From NCBI GenBank assembly GCA_030141605.1, contig JAQGDQ010000046.1, positions 558,001 through 622,000 on the forward strand: a stretch of DNA of 64,000 nucleotides. The letters run 5' to 3'. A model generated the notes under the pieces. That model was not told the DNA's origin and did not search any database. It was given only the letters and a program-made list of their open reading frames with translations. Both the position numbers and the translations under genes were made by a program. Positions 43,501 through 53,193 of this stretch are shown in pieces (the first letter of the stretch is position 1; every line of letters begins with the position of its first letter). The stretch is from Tubiluchus corallicola. Its lineage: Eukaryota; Animalia; Priapulida.

Positions 43501-46500
43501 GATGTTAAAGTATAAATCAACTGTTTAGAAAAGCATTTGAACTTTTTTCAAAGGATTTCATTTTTATAAAGATTGTACTCAAATCTAGCTCCCACTTTAA
43601 CATATCAAATGGGAGTTGTGGGTGGGCCCACAAGAGAAAGTGGTACCTGAGGATGATTGAATTAATCATATTAAATGACCCTTATGGTAGTTTGCTTTTT
43701 AAATAAACTAATTAATTTACCTTTTAGGAGCAAAAAACACTAAAACAAAATTTTGGACATCTTTAATTTGAAGATAAGGGATTGTTTTACATCTAAACAA
43801 TCTAACCATGTCTGGATTATAAATCCTTATTATAGCAATTTTTAATAAAAGTATAATTTGAGAATGGCATAGAATTCACAATTAGCACACATTTTTTCAC
43901 ACTGCACATAAAAAATAAATCATTTGGAAATTGTCAAACAAAAACCACAAAATGCACAATATGAAGCAAAATGCATGTTTACAGGTGCCAGTCCTGGATG
44001 CCAGACCACAGCAATAGCTTGAAACGCTGTTGTGGTTCCTTATGCACATTTGCTTGGGAATCCTTTTAATGTTGTTTCACCACCATGTAATTATGGGTGA
44101 CATGCACACATTACAGAAAGGGGCTTATCTTTTAATCACGTTGATGAGCTAACCCATATGAAATCGGCTCTTTCTTCAACAGCTTCAAGCTAGTTGCCAT
44201 TTGTGTTAACAATTATTGAATTTCAAACATGAACAAAATTTTGTTTAAAATTTTATACTTTGGAATCATTGATACCTTGCTAATCTGTTAATGACTATTA
44301 ATTTTCAGCTTCTCAAAAGCATTCATTTAAAATTTTCTACTATGGAGTTATTGATACACTGTTACTCCTTGTAAATGACGATTAAATTTTAGCTCTTGAA
44401 AGCACTCATATGAAAAAAGTGCTGTAAAAGATTCTAAATTAACTTGCATGTGTAGATCATGTACGTTAAAGCCACCTGTATTAACTCTAAACTCTACAAC
44501 CAATAATTAATAAAAAAATAAGTAATGCTAATTAAATTCACAGATTTTCATCACCAGAATAGTCATGAGTTTCTACTGCCTTGCATTTTTACAAGCGCAC
44601 TTTGCAACACCAAAATCACATGTGTGGAATTCGCTAATTGTTAAGTAAATAACACAAACAGCAATTTCCAAAAGCCTGAATCAGTCAGGGCCATGTGATA
44701 ACTAATAACAATTTCACTATGTCGAGTAGCAAAAAGTTGCCAACAAATTATTCCCAAGACACATCCCTTATCATTACGTATATTCATAATGGCTCACGTG
44801 TCAGCTAATACAACAATAAATATACACCTAAAGAGGATGGTAAAAAACATGTTAACATTTCAGTCCCACGAAACTTATATTGTCAAGATTCGACTGTTTA
44901 TACATGTAGATCCTTCAAACTTTGTGTTGCACTAAGTTTCTGTTCTGTAGAAACTTCAATGTTCAGCAGCTTATACATACAGCTCAAGATCACATTATGT
45001 AGTAAATTAACAACAATAGTGATATAGTAACTACTGCAATAGAATGTGAGTAGCTGCATAATATTAAGCAACAAATAGGCATCCTGCATAATTAGTAACC
45101 TTGCTATGAAGAAAAAACCAAACATAAAATCAAACTACAAAAGTTTACTGGCAAATTAATTGAAAGATTTAGGAAACCTCATACTATACGGGTTTCCACA
45201 ATAGTGAGTACCATAATAACTGTAGTCATACATATTATCATGTTATAAGTTTAACAACAAACAAGACCAGGCTTTTTGAAATCGTTGTACCAGCAGTTTT
45301 GCTACAAATTAAAACATATTGCCAAAATTCAACTATAATAATTATGACATTCAAAAGGCTGCTTAAATTGTAATTAAACAGTAACCTAATATGAGGGTGA
45401 GATTGGCAATTCAAATCAATGTGAATATATAACTGAATTTGACAAATGACAGATACATATACTTGAAAATCTAATCGAACCTCTAACACTTTGCAGAATC
45501 CCATTGTTACATAACTTTTCTCAGTTTTGCATAAGAATAAAATCTTAGTTTAATATCTTCTTTAATAAATAAAAGTTACTTGTTTTACAGCGCAATCCTG
45601 TATATGGCGGAGGACAGCTACAAGCAAATTTGTTCTCTGGACCACTTATTATCTGACAAGTTCCACTATTGTGGCAAGGATTTGGGTCACAGCTGCTAAT
45701 ACTTCTCCCAACTCCACCTGTCCCAAAAATAAAGCCAGTGTGAAAACTCAAAAGAAAAAAGCATAGCATCTTTTCATTTAAAAATGTAACTAGTCATGTC
45801 AACTATATATTTGATTAAAATGTTCTACATAGCCTGTAAGATTCGTGAAAAAAGCTAATAGCTCTAGATAAAAGGTATTAAGTCTCAATCTAGGTAAAAA
45901 AAAATTATCAACAGTAACTTGGCAGAAATACCAGAACTTGGCAATGCATCTGTATAACTTGGGCACTGAGATTGTATTACACAATTTGTTCTCAGTCTCT
46001 TGGGATGAACCACAGATGTTTTACAAACAAACATATGGTGTTCTTATGGATGCTTCATGTAACACACTTTTTTCTTGTTCATGTAGAAAATCAGGCCTTA
46101 ATGATGTGTCAATTATACAACTTTTGTTTTAAAGGAGGTGTACAGATGATAGTCTCATTAAATTTCAGGATAAATCATATGTATCCCATTTTTTTTCACA
46201 CCAAAGAATGTCATTTACACATGAGAATGAAACTAATAATAGCACTTCTTTTCTTGGTATTAATTTATGGCGTGCTAACAATAAGATTTTAAGAAGTGCT
46301 TGTCGTAAGCCTACTCATTTGTAGACGAAATACATATATATACAAGGTATTTCTTTTTCAAGTTCAGTCATTAAAAGGCAGCATTCTACCTTTTTTGCAG
46401 CATTTATGAAGCCAATATTCTACACTGAATGTAGGTAAAACTAACACAGGTACAAATGTCACAGGAAAAAATGGCATGGTAAAAATGGCACAGGAAAAAA

Positions 46501-49444
46501 TGATGCAGGAAAAATGGCGAAGCAAAAAATGGGACAAATGGAAAAGTAGATAAAAATGGCAGAGGTAAAAAAGACAGAAAAACGGTACACATAGTAAAAT
46601 ATATTTTTAGGGTGGGGTTACAAGGAAAGATAATAATTTCAGTTATTTTTACATCAGTCAAGGAAGTTATGCTTCGGCACAGTTTGTTTGGTTATTTTTT
46701 ATCTGTTATGACAGTTATTATGCAAAAACTGCCTAACAGATTTCCAAGAAACTTTGTGAAGAAAGGCAGTTATAAAATTTCGAAACTGGAATCTTTTCGC
46801 CAGCTCTTCTTTTTCGCAGAACTTGACCAAGTACCACGTACAAAAAAACATTCATGAAGCACTTCGTGGAGGTCTCAGAAGGAGTCTTTAGTAGTTGTTC
46901 TATTTAGTTATCTCTACCTGGACAAACAGCTACGAGTTAGTTCCAGGTTGCATTTCGAGAAATTCTTGCTTCGAAAACTATGTACTACTGTCTATAACCT
47001 TTGCTTATTAATGCATATAGCCTTATAAACTGAACTTGGTATGTAAATATGCATTTACGTCAGTCTATTACCATTGCCAAAATGAATGGTTAAAAGGGTA
47101 GGTAAACACCGTGTGGAACATGTATTATTGATTATAAATTTATTCAATGAACAAATATTTTGCGAGTCTTTTGCTGATCTATATAATACCAATACAGGTA
47201 CATCTTGTATGTTTGCTTATTTATTTTTGTGTTCATTTTTTTAATCAAAAGAATCAGACGAATAACTTTAGGATTGTGCGGTTTTGGCAGAGATCTACCT
47301 TCTACTGGGTGCATTCTAGTTTTATTATAGAAACCAACTGCATCAAAATAACATATGTGCCATTTTCCCTTGTGCCATTTGTACTTCATCACGCATTTAG
47401 TATTTAGTCACTACTTCTCTGGTGACTGAAATTAAGATCTTCAAGTTTGTACAAGTTGACAACTTTCAAGGTATGATCCATCCTTGTAATTGACTGATGC
47501 TTCTGCACTGTAAGTTATAATGTGTAAATTCGATTGCTAAAAATGAAAAACGAGCCATGAAGAGGACTTTGATTTAATAAGCATCAGACTTCACTAGGCT
47601 AAAATATTATATAGTTTAGTTCCAGATGTAGTGGCCACAGTAACCAGCTAAAATTATTTTCCCTAGACTTATTAACTGAATTCTATTGTAATACTGATAA
47701 CATTTTTTTAAACAATAATACAACAAAATCTCATAAAAGATGTGCGGAGTTGTGCATCATGGGTAGCTGAAATTAGGTACGAAGTTACCAAGGAACATTG
47801 TGCAGATGCTTCAATTTTCCAATATGATCATCTAATGTGCCTGTTAATTAGTTTATAACTTCACACCCATTAAATGGATCTGTCCTATACAATGTTGGAA
47901 TTTCCTGGATCATATAATAATGGTAAACCCTTGATTTTAAACAGCTAAAAAGCAAAAAATGAATCAGTTTCTGTGCCGCGGTGGGTTTTACCAGAAGGGC
48001 TTACGGCTTCACCAAGCAATGCAGTCAGGGGTGCATTAAGACATTATGATGCCCTAGGCTGATAGTTCATTCTTGTCTATCTCATTACGACTGTTTTTAC
48101 GTATATATATATATACCTGTGACTAGCACAATTACCTAGTGCCTATGTAGTTATTGTTTATTAAATATATTTATATTTATATCTATATCTAATGTATTAA
48201 TATCAATACATATAAATACTTCTTTATACCTTTTATCCTAAATATATCTTTATATCAGGCTACACAACTGCTTGTGGTGTAGTACGTTTTACGTATTAAT
48301 CGTGCAAATTGCTTGAAACGAAAATTCGGATCTCTTTTACTTTAGTTGAACCTGTACTTTTATACAATGCTGTTTTAATACAGTTATATAAACTGTGGCA
48401 AATCAAAGCTAAACAACAGAAGGAAATAGATGTCTTTCAAAACCGGAAGCTATAAGGTATTAAAATGTGGTTGTCTTACCTACAAATAAAAAAATGTTGA
48501 TATTTCACAGCCAAACATTTGATCTCCTCACTGTTTACTATTACAGTTAGATGTCTGGTACATGCTAGTCTAACTTTCAGGTGTGAGTATAATATAAACT
48601 ACATATAACACTGCATTCACCAATAAAATTATTTGGAAAACAGCTCATTAAAAACATTTATAAGCACCTTTCCAAATCTTTCGATAATTAGCAGGACTTA
48701 GTGTCTCACTTCCACACATAACTCACATATAGGAAAAAGAAAAAGGTCCACACGAAAGAAAGCCATTACCCATCAGAAAGACAAATATTAATTAAAAGCA
48801 AAAAATGCGGTAAACAAGTTTGAAACAGATTTAGGGGGTACAAATTTGTGCAACAATTACCCACCTTGTAGCAGTTGTCGGCTTTCTTGCAAAGTACTTT
48901 TCCAAAGAGAAACACTTGGCAAGATTTCTGTAAAAATTAAAAAACGTTAAACAATAATATAGGTTTAATGTGACTTTTAGAAAATTTACTTGCATAGTAG
49001 TTATCAAAAATGACTCAGCTTGAATATGTTTTAACTGTTTATAACATATTCAGCCAATTATATTATTTAATGGAATAAAAAGTGAGTAGTGTTGACATGT
49101 TTCCGTATGTTTATTATTTAGTCTATTTAATAGAATAAAACACCAGTGGAATGATTCATTTGTCCAAAAACACACACATGCAGTGGGAGACAAAGCGCAT
49201 GAGAGAGAAAGAAGAGAGACAGAAAAAGCAAGAGAAAAAGAGTAGAGAGAGAAAAAGAGGGAGCGAGGCTGATGATTTTTAATTATTTATGTGATAAATA
49301 TATATACACACACACGTGTGTGTGTGTGTGCGTGCGTGCGTGCGTGTGCGTGCGTGTGTGTTTGTGTGTGTGAGTGTGTATGTATATATGTATATACATA
49401 TATACATACACACTCACACACACAAACACACACACACACGCACG

Positions 49445-49475
<31 letters not shown>

Positions 49476-49712
49476 GTGTGTGTGTGTATATATATTTATC
49501 ATATAAATAATTAAAAATCATCAGCCTCACTGTATATATATACAAGGCATTTATTCACAAGCCAGAATTTACTGCATTAATTATTATACTAATTCAACAA
49601 TATATCAATACATAGTTCAAATCAATATAAGAATGTACGATATGTCGCAAAAGCAATATTATACAATATAATAATAACAGAATAACACTGTTAAATTGCG
49701 AGGGAGAGAGGG

Positions 49713-49743
<31 letters not shown>

Positions 49744-50587
49744 GAGAGAGAGGGAACAAGAAGCAACAGAAAGCAAATGGAGAGTTCGAGATGGCAAATG
49801 CACTTGAGATTTTTGTTTATTTTAAATGCATTTGGATTCACTTCAATCTAAGTTTGTTAAGTAATTATCAAAATGTTTTAATTTGACACTATATGTTAAA
49901 AATTGAACAAAAATGTAACCCTACCTATTTGTCCTTGAATATCCAAATAATTTTTACTCATAGCTTCCTCGACATATTCAGATGATGAGTTATCGTGTAA
50001 GAGCTGCTGTGATTGACTTATACCTGTAAATTGCATTTAAAAACAGATTTGCAGTGACATAAAACTGCTCCAATTGTGTCTTTATAACGCTTGCAACTTC
50101 AACAATATTTTGCATTTTGTCAAAACAGGGTGTCTTAGAATACACATTTCCTATATCATCACTATAATCTAAATTTATACCAAAGACAGTTTAAAACAAG
50201 GCACAAAATATTAAGATTTTATTAAGGTGTGTCTTAAATCTTAATTACAATAGGCTGTACAATCTCGTGGTCATGGTTTTGGACTTCAACTGCAGTCTCA
50301 GTTTAGCTGTTTCCACCTTTACTCCCTTTCGTTCAGTTAAGTTTGTGTCAAAAATACAATTTTGTTGGTTTATTCCATCATCAAGCGATTACCTTAAAAT
50401 TAAGATGTTATGTGCAAACATAGCTCAGAATTCTATTTGTAAGTTAGAGAAACTGGGCATTAAAAAAATCGACTTTTATACACTTAAAGTTCTTGTTTTC
50501 CTGCAAAATATCAATTTCAAAATTTGACATACCTGCCACTTTTATCAAAGAACTTATGTGAACTATTAGAAGACTTATCCACCACAT
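261..50587 (-). CDS. Polycystin-1-like (PKD1/PKD1L/REJ family) receptor; 34 coding exons, 3' end outside the window
   Basis: Exon chain in transcript order: 50587-50533, 50023-49925, 48927-48865, 45717-45580, 43343-43053, 40296-39982, 34653-34378, 33734-33624, 32240-31974, 31456-31343, 30378-29621, 28772-28603, 26425-26349, 24783-24624, 22620-22343, 21842-21753, 20696-20595, 20429-20281, 18598-18454, 18306-18200, 15971-15846, 15451-15360, 14717-14582, 12549-12390, 11738-11641, 10514-10358, 8805-8660, 8439-7527, 5926-5779, 3854-3752, 3132-3009, 1158-1058, 857-627, 381-261. All have AG/GT boundaries, matching phases and no stops. REJ + GAIN/GPS + TM1 + PLAT is diagnostic of the family. Exact orthology not determined. 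Confidence 0.93.
627..857 (-). CDS. Exon 33: GPS cleavage site, stalk and TM1
   Basis: HCQCNHL|TTFGGSFVIAPNAI...NPIVIAFMCGVWCLYLVLLLYARKND. Confidence 0.95.
1058..1158 (-). CDS. Exon 32: GPS motif, first half
   Basis: VNFSITFYASRCLYWHASKNEWSGDGCQ; an in-frame tandem acceptor could start the exon at 1152. Confidence 0.92.
3009..3132 (-). CDS. Exon 31: extra PLAT domain, part 3
   Basis: VVVNSTEFVEYTCPCMNWL (PC-x2-WL motif); phase 0 to 1. Confidence 0.85.
3752..3854 (-). CDS. Exon 30: extra PLAT domain, part 2
   Basis: TDVF...VGKVEYVSIWHDNSGLAASWLLEK (HDNSG...W motif). Confidence 0.9.
4105..4182. repeat. Degenerate (CAT/CAC)n repeat
   Basis: Read directly. Confidence 0.6.
4568..5063. mobile_element. 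Tc1/mariner/pogo-type MITE, apparently young
   Basis: TIRs CAGTGGCCGCCGCTTATT(A/G)TGGACAC at both ends, TA target duplication, repeated subterminal CCGCTTAATATGGACA motifs. Confidence 0.9.
5779..5926 (-). CDS. Exon 29: extra (pre-GPS) PLAT/LH2 domain, part 1
   Basis: TYSIITQTAEVTYAGTGANVFVILHGSQGDSEEIRL...FRRA. Confidence 0.9.
7527..8439 (-). CDS. Exon 28: GAIN-B strands (KYYIGI) followed by a 32-Cys insertion module
   Basis: 913 nt open exon, tttag acceptor, gtatat donor; phase 0 to 1. Confidence 0.88.
8660..8805 (-). CDS. Exon 27: GAIN-B
   Basis: ITIHSFTV...; phase 1 to 0. Confidence 0.82.
9007..9645. mobile_element. Possible old Tc1/mariner-type MITE
   Basis: Degenerate inverted ends TA-CAGTTAGACCTTGTTTAAC and TTAAGCCATGACTTGATTG-TA. 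Confidence 0.3.
10358..10514 (-). CDS. Exon 26: GAIN-B
   Basis: ENPFNW...PLASVTL...SPVDIFI, the NPF-x-W motif of PKD1-like GAIN domains. Confidence 0.88.
11641..11738 (-). CDS. Exon 25: GAIN-B
   Basis: QIRLPSSAVL...VGVE; phase 1 to 0. Confidence 0.82.
12390..12549 (-). CDS. Exon 24: GAIN domain
   Basis: ...AILLHKAVNQEPSTFKTEFMNLTLKQ (E-P strand motif); gtaagt donor. Confidence 0.85.
14582..14717 (-). CDS. Exon 23: GAIN-A region
   Basis: SGLSAVSHLMVGVSD...; phase 2 to 0. Confidence 0.75.
15360..15451 (-). CDS. Exon 22: GAIN-A helices
   Basis: VHAAWKLEEVGRFM...; phase 0 to 2; weak gtttta donor. Confidence 0.75.
15846..15971 (-). CDS. Exon 21: GAIN-A helices
   Basis: IRGELMDIVIKMQVTDIAHAKLVASMLQQI; phase 0-0. 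Confidence 0.82.
16326..16440. mobile_element. GC-rich fragment resembling a PIF/Harbinger MITE end
   Basis: AGGGGCGGATCGAGGATTTTTGAAAGGG terminus-like motif; partner end not found. Confidence 0.3.
18200..18306 (-). CDS. Exon 20: helical REJ/GAIN-A region
   Basis: TSQIVNTVVDSLND...KKKTE; phase 1 to 0. Confidence 0.82.
18454..18598 (-). CDS. Exon 19: helical REJ/GAIN-A region
   Basis: cag acceptor, gtaagt donor, 145 nt open, phase 0 to 1. Confidence 0.8.
19371..19700. mobile_element. Tc1/pogo-like element fragment
   Basis: TA-CAGTGTTCCCTCACTACTTCGCGG terminus with repeated TTCGCGG; other end not found, end coordinate approximate. Confidence 0.35.
20281..20429 (-). CDS. Exon 18: REJ domain
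   Basis: LLY...FLPVGNSEKDYQAELLVIVSN (LP-x-G motif). Confidence 0.87.
20595..20696 (-). CDS. Exon 17: REJ domain
   Basis: GTELTTKFSLNC...D...LTYEFYY. Confidence 0.87.
21753..21842 (-). CDS. Exon 16: REJ domain
   Basis: VNRAPRNLTCLLDPCEG matches N-x-PP-x2-G-x-C-x3-P-x2-G approximately. Confidence 0.85.
22343..22620 (-). CDS. Exon 15: REJ domain
   Basis: CLTNCASEVN...LILQAVCHSC...YSW matches REJ C-x2-NC...C-x2-C. Confidence 0.9.
24624..24783 (-). CDS. Exon 14: REJ domain
   Basis: PNFTIPAKTLLQGSSLTFTLKF...QTIIVTDEIQPDIKI; phase-consistent. Confidence 0.85.
24900..25937 (+). mobile_element. Decayed 3' end of a CR1/L2-group LINE
   Basis: YKSMIQPVIE-like and HTRQRFGFSQLN...CTCG...ETVQHYLLECPQF ORF2 C-terminal motifs, then AATAAA and an A-rich tail; start approximate. 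Confidence 0.7.
26349..26425 (-). CDS. Exon 13: REJ domain
   Basis: YKWSCVKEGYPGEDCY; phases 2 and 1 fit the neighbours. Confidence 0.85.
28603..28772 (-). CDS. Exon 12: REJ domain
   Basis: LKATIHGGPTRQVSWKETVIMDGSYSHDLD matches the REJ I-x-GG...LDGS-x-S-x-D-x-D motif. Confidence 0.9.
29621..30378 (-). CDS. Exon 11: PKD (Ig-like) domain plus start of REJ module
   Basis: FIWTLGDD (WDFGD-like), HRYKKTGSYDVQVKA, then YKW...LTIPERLLQPGIY; 758 nt. Confidence 0.88.
31343..31456 (-). CDS. Exon 10: EGF-like domain
   Basis: CGSDPCRNGGTCSENEEQYFCNCTETYIGNNCE; phase 1-1. Confidence 0.92.
31513..31558. repeat. (TAA)n microsatellite
   Basis: Read directly. Confidence 0.9.
31974..32240 (-). CDS. Exon 9: WSC domain 4
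   Basis: YKGCY...PERCVELCKAEAYKFAGL...CFCS...CDAPC...CGS...SVF; phase 1-1. Confidence 0.92.
33624..33734 (-). CDS. Exon 8: EGF-like domain
   Basis: CSANPCQNDKSCVNKDEHFCGCPPAFNNTEC; phase 1-1. Confidence 0.88.
34378..34653 (-). CDS. Exon 7: WSC domain 3
   Basis: VGCY...PRRCVAYCRSIGYIYAGLQNPNCLCGN...CSEPC...C...SIY; phase 1-1. Confidence 0.92.
39982..40296 (-). CDS. Exon 6: divergent WSC domain 2
   Basis: LGCF...DCIEACIGSSYEYAIL...KCWCSN...CDDHC...TCG; phase 1-1. Confidence 0.85.
41457..42534. mobile_element. Solo LTR-like insertion (1078 bp)
   Basis: TGTGACGGC...GCCATCACA termini, perfect 5-bp TSD CTGCC on both sides, higher GC than flanks. Confidence 0.8.
43053..43343 (-). CDS. Exon 5: WSC domain 1
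   Basis: YVGCY...PERCIALCSTTGYNYAML...ECICGN...CNRLC...CGGDNYYSIY; phase 1-1. Confidence 0.92.
45580..45717 (-). CDS. Exon 4: EGF-like domain
   Basis: CDPNPCHNSGTCQIISGPENKFACSCPPPYTGLRC six-Cys EGF pattern; phase 1-1. Confidence 0.9.
46420..47395. mobile_element. Non-autonomous DNA element with subterminal tandem repeats
   Basis: Degenerate GGTAAAAATGGCACA units at 46430-46600; inverted copies (TGTGCCATTTT...TGTGCCATTTGTAC) at 47355-47385; exact ends unclear. Confidence 0.5.
48865..48927 (-). CDS. Exon 3: linker ILPSVSLWKSTLQESRQLLQ
   Basis: ttttacag acceptor, gtgggt donor (an alternative gtaatt lies 4 nt further), 63 nt, phase 1-1. Confidence 0.5.
49265..49528. repeat. Spacerless palindrome of about 265 bp around a compound (CA/TG/TA) microsatellite
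   Basis: Unique arm GAGGCTGATGATTTTTAATTATTTAT is mirrored exactly at 49503-49528; centre near 49393. Confidence 0.92.
49700..49755. repeat. (GGGAGA)n purine repeat
   Basis: Read directly. Confidence 0.85.
49925..50023 (-). CDS. Exon 2: N-terminal linker ISQSQQLLHDNSSSEYVEEAMSKNYLDIQGQI
   Basis: tttacag acceptor, gtaggg donor, 99 nt, phase 1-1, open. Confidence 0.6.
50533..50587 (-). CDS. Exon 1 (coding part): signal peptide MWWISLLIVHISSLIKVA
   Basis: Acceptor before 50602, donor gtatgt; hydrophobic N-terminus; A at -3 of the ATG. Confidence 0.65.
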
Positions 50588-50899
50588 CTTTGTCCTCAAT
50601 ACCTGTTGCTAAATATAACAATATGACAAACAAATTAGTAATAACTCTAGCAATCTACAACAAGAATACTTACTCAAAGGATAGCATATGCGAAAAGGCA
50701 AGAAAAAAACAAAAAAGCAAACAGATACAAATATTAAATTTTGTGATGGCTACAAATCGTGTGATAAAGGATATCTATTATTCACATGGAAATTTTAATA
50801 ATTTTTTAAACAAACAAACAAACCCAAGATGGCCACCAAAAACAAATCATCAACGAAAGTTGGCAAAAAGTGTTTTTTGGAGTTTAGTAACAGATTTCA

Positions 50900-51720
50900 T
50901 CTGGTTTACCCATTTGAGTTCATCCAGTTTATACCTAATTATTTACAAAACAGTAAAGAAAATTGTTGAACTGCAATCCTGCATTTATCGAGGGCTGACC
51001 ATTTTAATTTATCAGTGATATAAAAGTTCCAGTAGGACTACTTCTGAAACTTTGGTAATCCCATTTATTTCACAAGGCATAGCTAAAAATTATTCCTCGA
51101 CAACGTCATTTTATTTGTTTTGGAGACATTTAATGACATTTTGTTGTCATGACACAACTTTTGCACGTTTTCCAACTCATCAGTCACATATAATCACTGC
51201 CTCTGACTGATTCGGTTAAATTAGTGCTGTTTGTGAATTTGATGATTTTAGTATCTTATTAAATTGGCTATAGATTGTTGTCTATTACAGCAAAGCAGGA
51301 GGGACCCTAGCAATTCCTTGTGTCTTCTCTAGTGATGACTGGACTTGAGGACGTAACTCCATTGATTTTCGTCGCTTGGGTTCTGAGTTGTACAGAGTCA
51401 CAAATAATTTTGGTGAAAAAAGACCAGAAACTGTATTGAGTTAAGTCTGTTCATGAAAATTATGTGGTTTACTATATTGAACTGTCTCTTTAAATACTAT
51501 TGGAAAGAAAAAATTTTGGCAGATAAAATGTCTTCACAAAAGATTTACCATGTGCAGCACAAAATTAGGTTAGCCAAATACATTAGAATTAATATCTGGT
51601 AAGATACCTAATATTAAACCATAGTACGTTGCTGATAAAAATAATACAGATTTTTTTCTCAACAAAACTGTACACAATCCTGCTAACAACCTGATATGAG
51701 TACATTCAAGAAATTATCGT
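50900..51720 (-). mobile_element. Highly decayed LINE reverse-transcriptase fragment
   Basis: RTQATKINGVTSS...TQG...GSLL resembles R-x-Q...ING-x2-S...GVPQGS-x-LGPLLF; limits approximate. Confidence 0.45.
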
Positions 51721-51726
51721 TCTGGG

Positions 51727-52758
51727 TAGAAATGCACTGGCTCCACTTTTGCCAGATCCGGATCGGATCTGCTTCTGTATATATCGGATCCAGTTCCGAA
51801 CTTACAAATTAATGTAAACAATATTTCATTTGTTTTGCCTTTTGTTCATGAGGTTGCATTGCCTGTCAATTTTCAGTGTTACTGAGTAATTTTAAGTGGA
51901 ACCACTACAAACATTGATGTACTGTAATTTCGAAAACTTACTCCGCACTTGGTTTTATTTAAAAAAAACATGCCAAACTACGCTTTTACTGGAAGTAAAT
52001 GGCTTTAAACTTTTAGCAGACATTTTTGTAGCAATAGCCCCTATGTTTTGCGCTATTTTCTTCAAGGAACCACAGCATGAAGACCGTTGCTATTGCTTGC
52101 GATTACAAGCATGACAGGATAAAAACTAAGTGATACTTTCGAAGATAAGCCTTTTCACAGTTCCAGCGATTGATGATGATCGTGAAAGGTCAAAGGCTAA
52201 ATGTACCAGACAACATATTTATGTACATTTGACAATGCAAAAGCTACTGTAATTGTAACAGTTTTAACAGTTAGATAGAACCTTACCTAGTTCATTTTTT
52301 CTTGTTCCCAAGCAAGATCTTGTTAGTAAATCACTCTACACTCAGAGCTAATGCATAATTAAGAAAAGTCCACATAAAACATCTGAAGTCACTGAACTGA
52401 TGCCGCAAAGGGCTTTGTTTTACACACATGTCACATGACAGTTGTAGTTTAGATGTGTTGCTGAGGTACACTTAACGTGTGACCTGCAGCAACTGCACGT
52501 GCGCACAACGAAACTGTAAAAAGGCTTATTACTGAAGATTTTAATAGAAATCCCTCAAATTCTTTAAAAAATTAAGACAATTCAGGTAATTAAACTGTTA
52601 TGCACTTTTCTCACCCGCTCTAATTTTCTTCACAATTGGTTTGCAATTAGTTATTTTACATATAGAAAAATAGAAATACAAACAGTGCAAAATCCGACGA
52701 AATTTGAGGGAACTAAATCCACTAAAATTACCAGATATCGGGACCAGGTGCATCCCTA
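51727..52758. mobile_element. hAT-family non-autonomous element
   Basis: Ends TAGAAATGCACTGG and CCAGGTGCATCCCTA (TAGGGATG-type TIR); 8-bp TSD GTTCTGGG/ATTCTGGG (7 of 8); subterminal CCGGATC-like repeats. Confidence 0.75.
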
Positions 52759-53138
52759 ATTCTGGGATCAGCTAATATGTCAATCATAATCATATATTAA
52801 TCACTGATGAATTGCACTGTGTTATGTCTCACAGTAGCAGTGGCTACATTTTAGAGCTATATTGATCTTTGGGCAAGCTGTTTGATTGTACAACCTATAC
52901 CACACTCTGTGTGACTCCATATTACTGGGAACAAATTGTATATTTCATGGCTAGTGTTTTCGACAGTCATTACGATTAACTATTAACGTTACACTTCGCA
53001 AATGAAATTGAGCAGTGTTATTCATGCCTGACCTAAACAAACCAGCAAATAGACCTGTACTTCATTAGGTTCTTGTTTACCACTATTGTATAACCGAATC
53101 AAATCCTTATTCATAAACCATGATTGTAGAACACTTAC

Positions 53139-53193
53139 CTGTCAGAATAACTTCTGCCTTTTTTGAAGCCATTTGTTAAGCATCTTATTTGCA
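53139..53193 (-). other. Candidate 5' UTR exon of the PKD1-like gene with two upstream AUGs
   Basis: ttcttag acceptor and consensus CAG|gtaagt donor; in-frame TGA upstream of the main ATG. Confidence 0.5.

Noticed and set aside
49283-49510. Four VC/HT-repeat ORFs on both strands
   Set aside because: Translation artefacts of the palindromic microsatellite.
50524-51018. 164-aa plus-strand ORF
   Set aside because: Low-complexity AT-rich sequence antisense to exon 1, non-ATG start, no recognisable motif.
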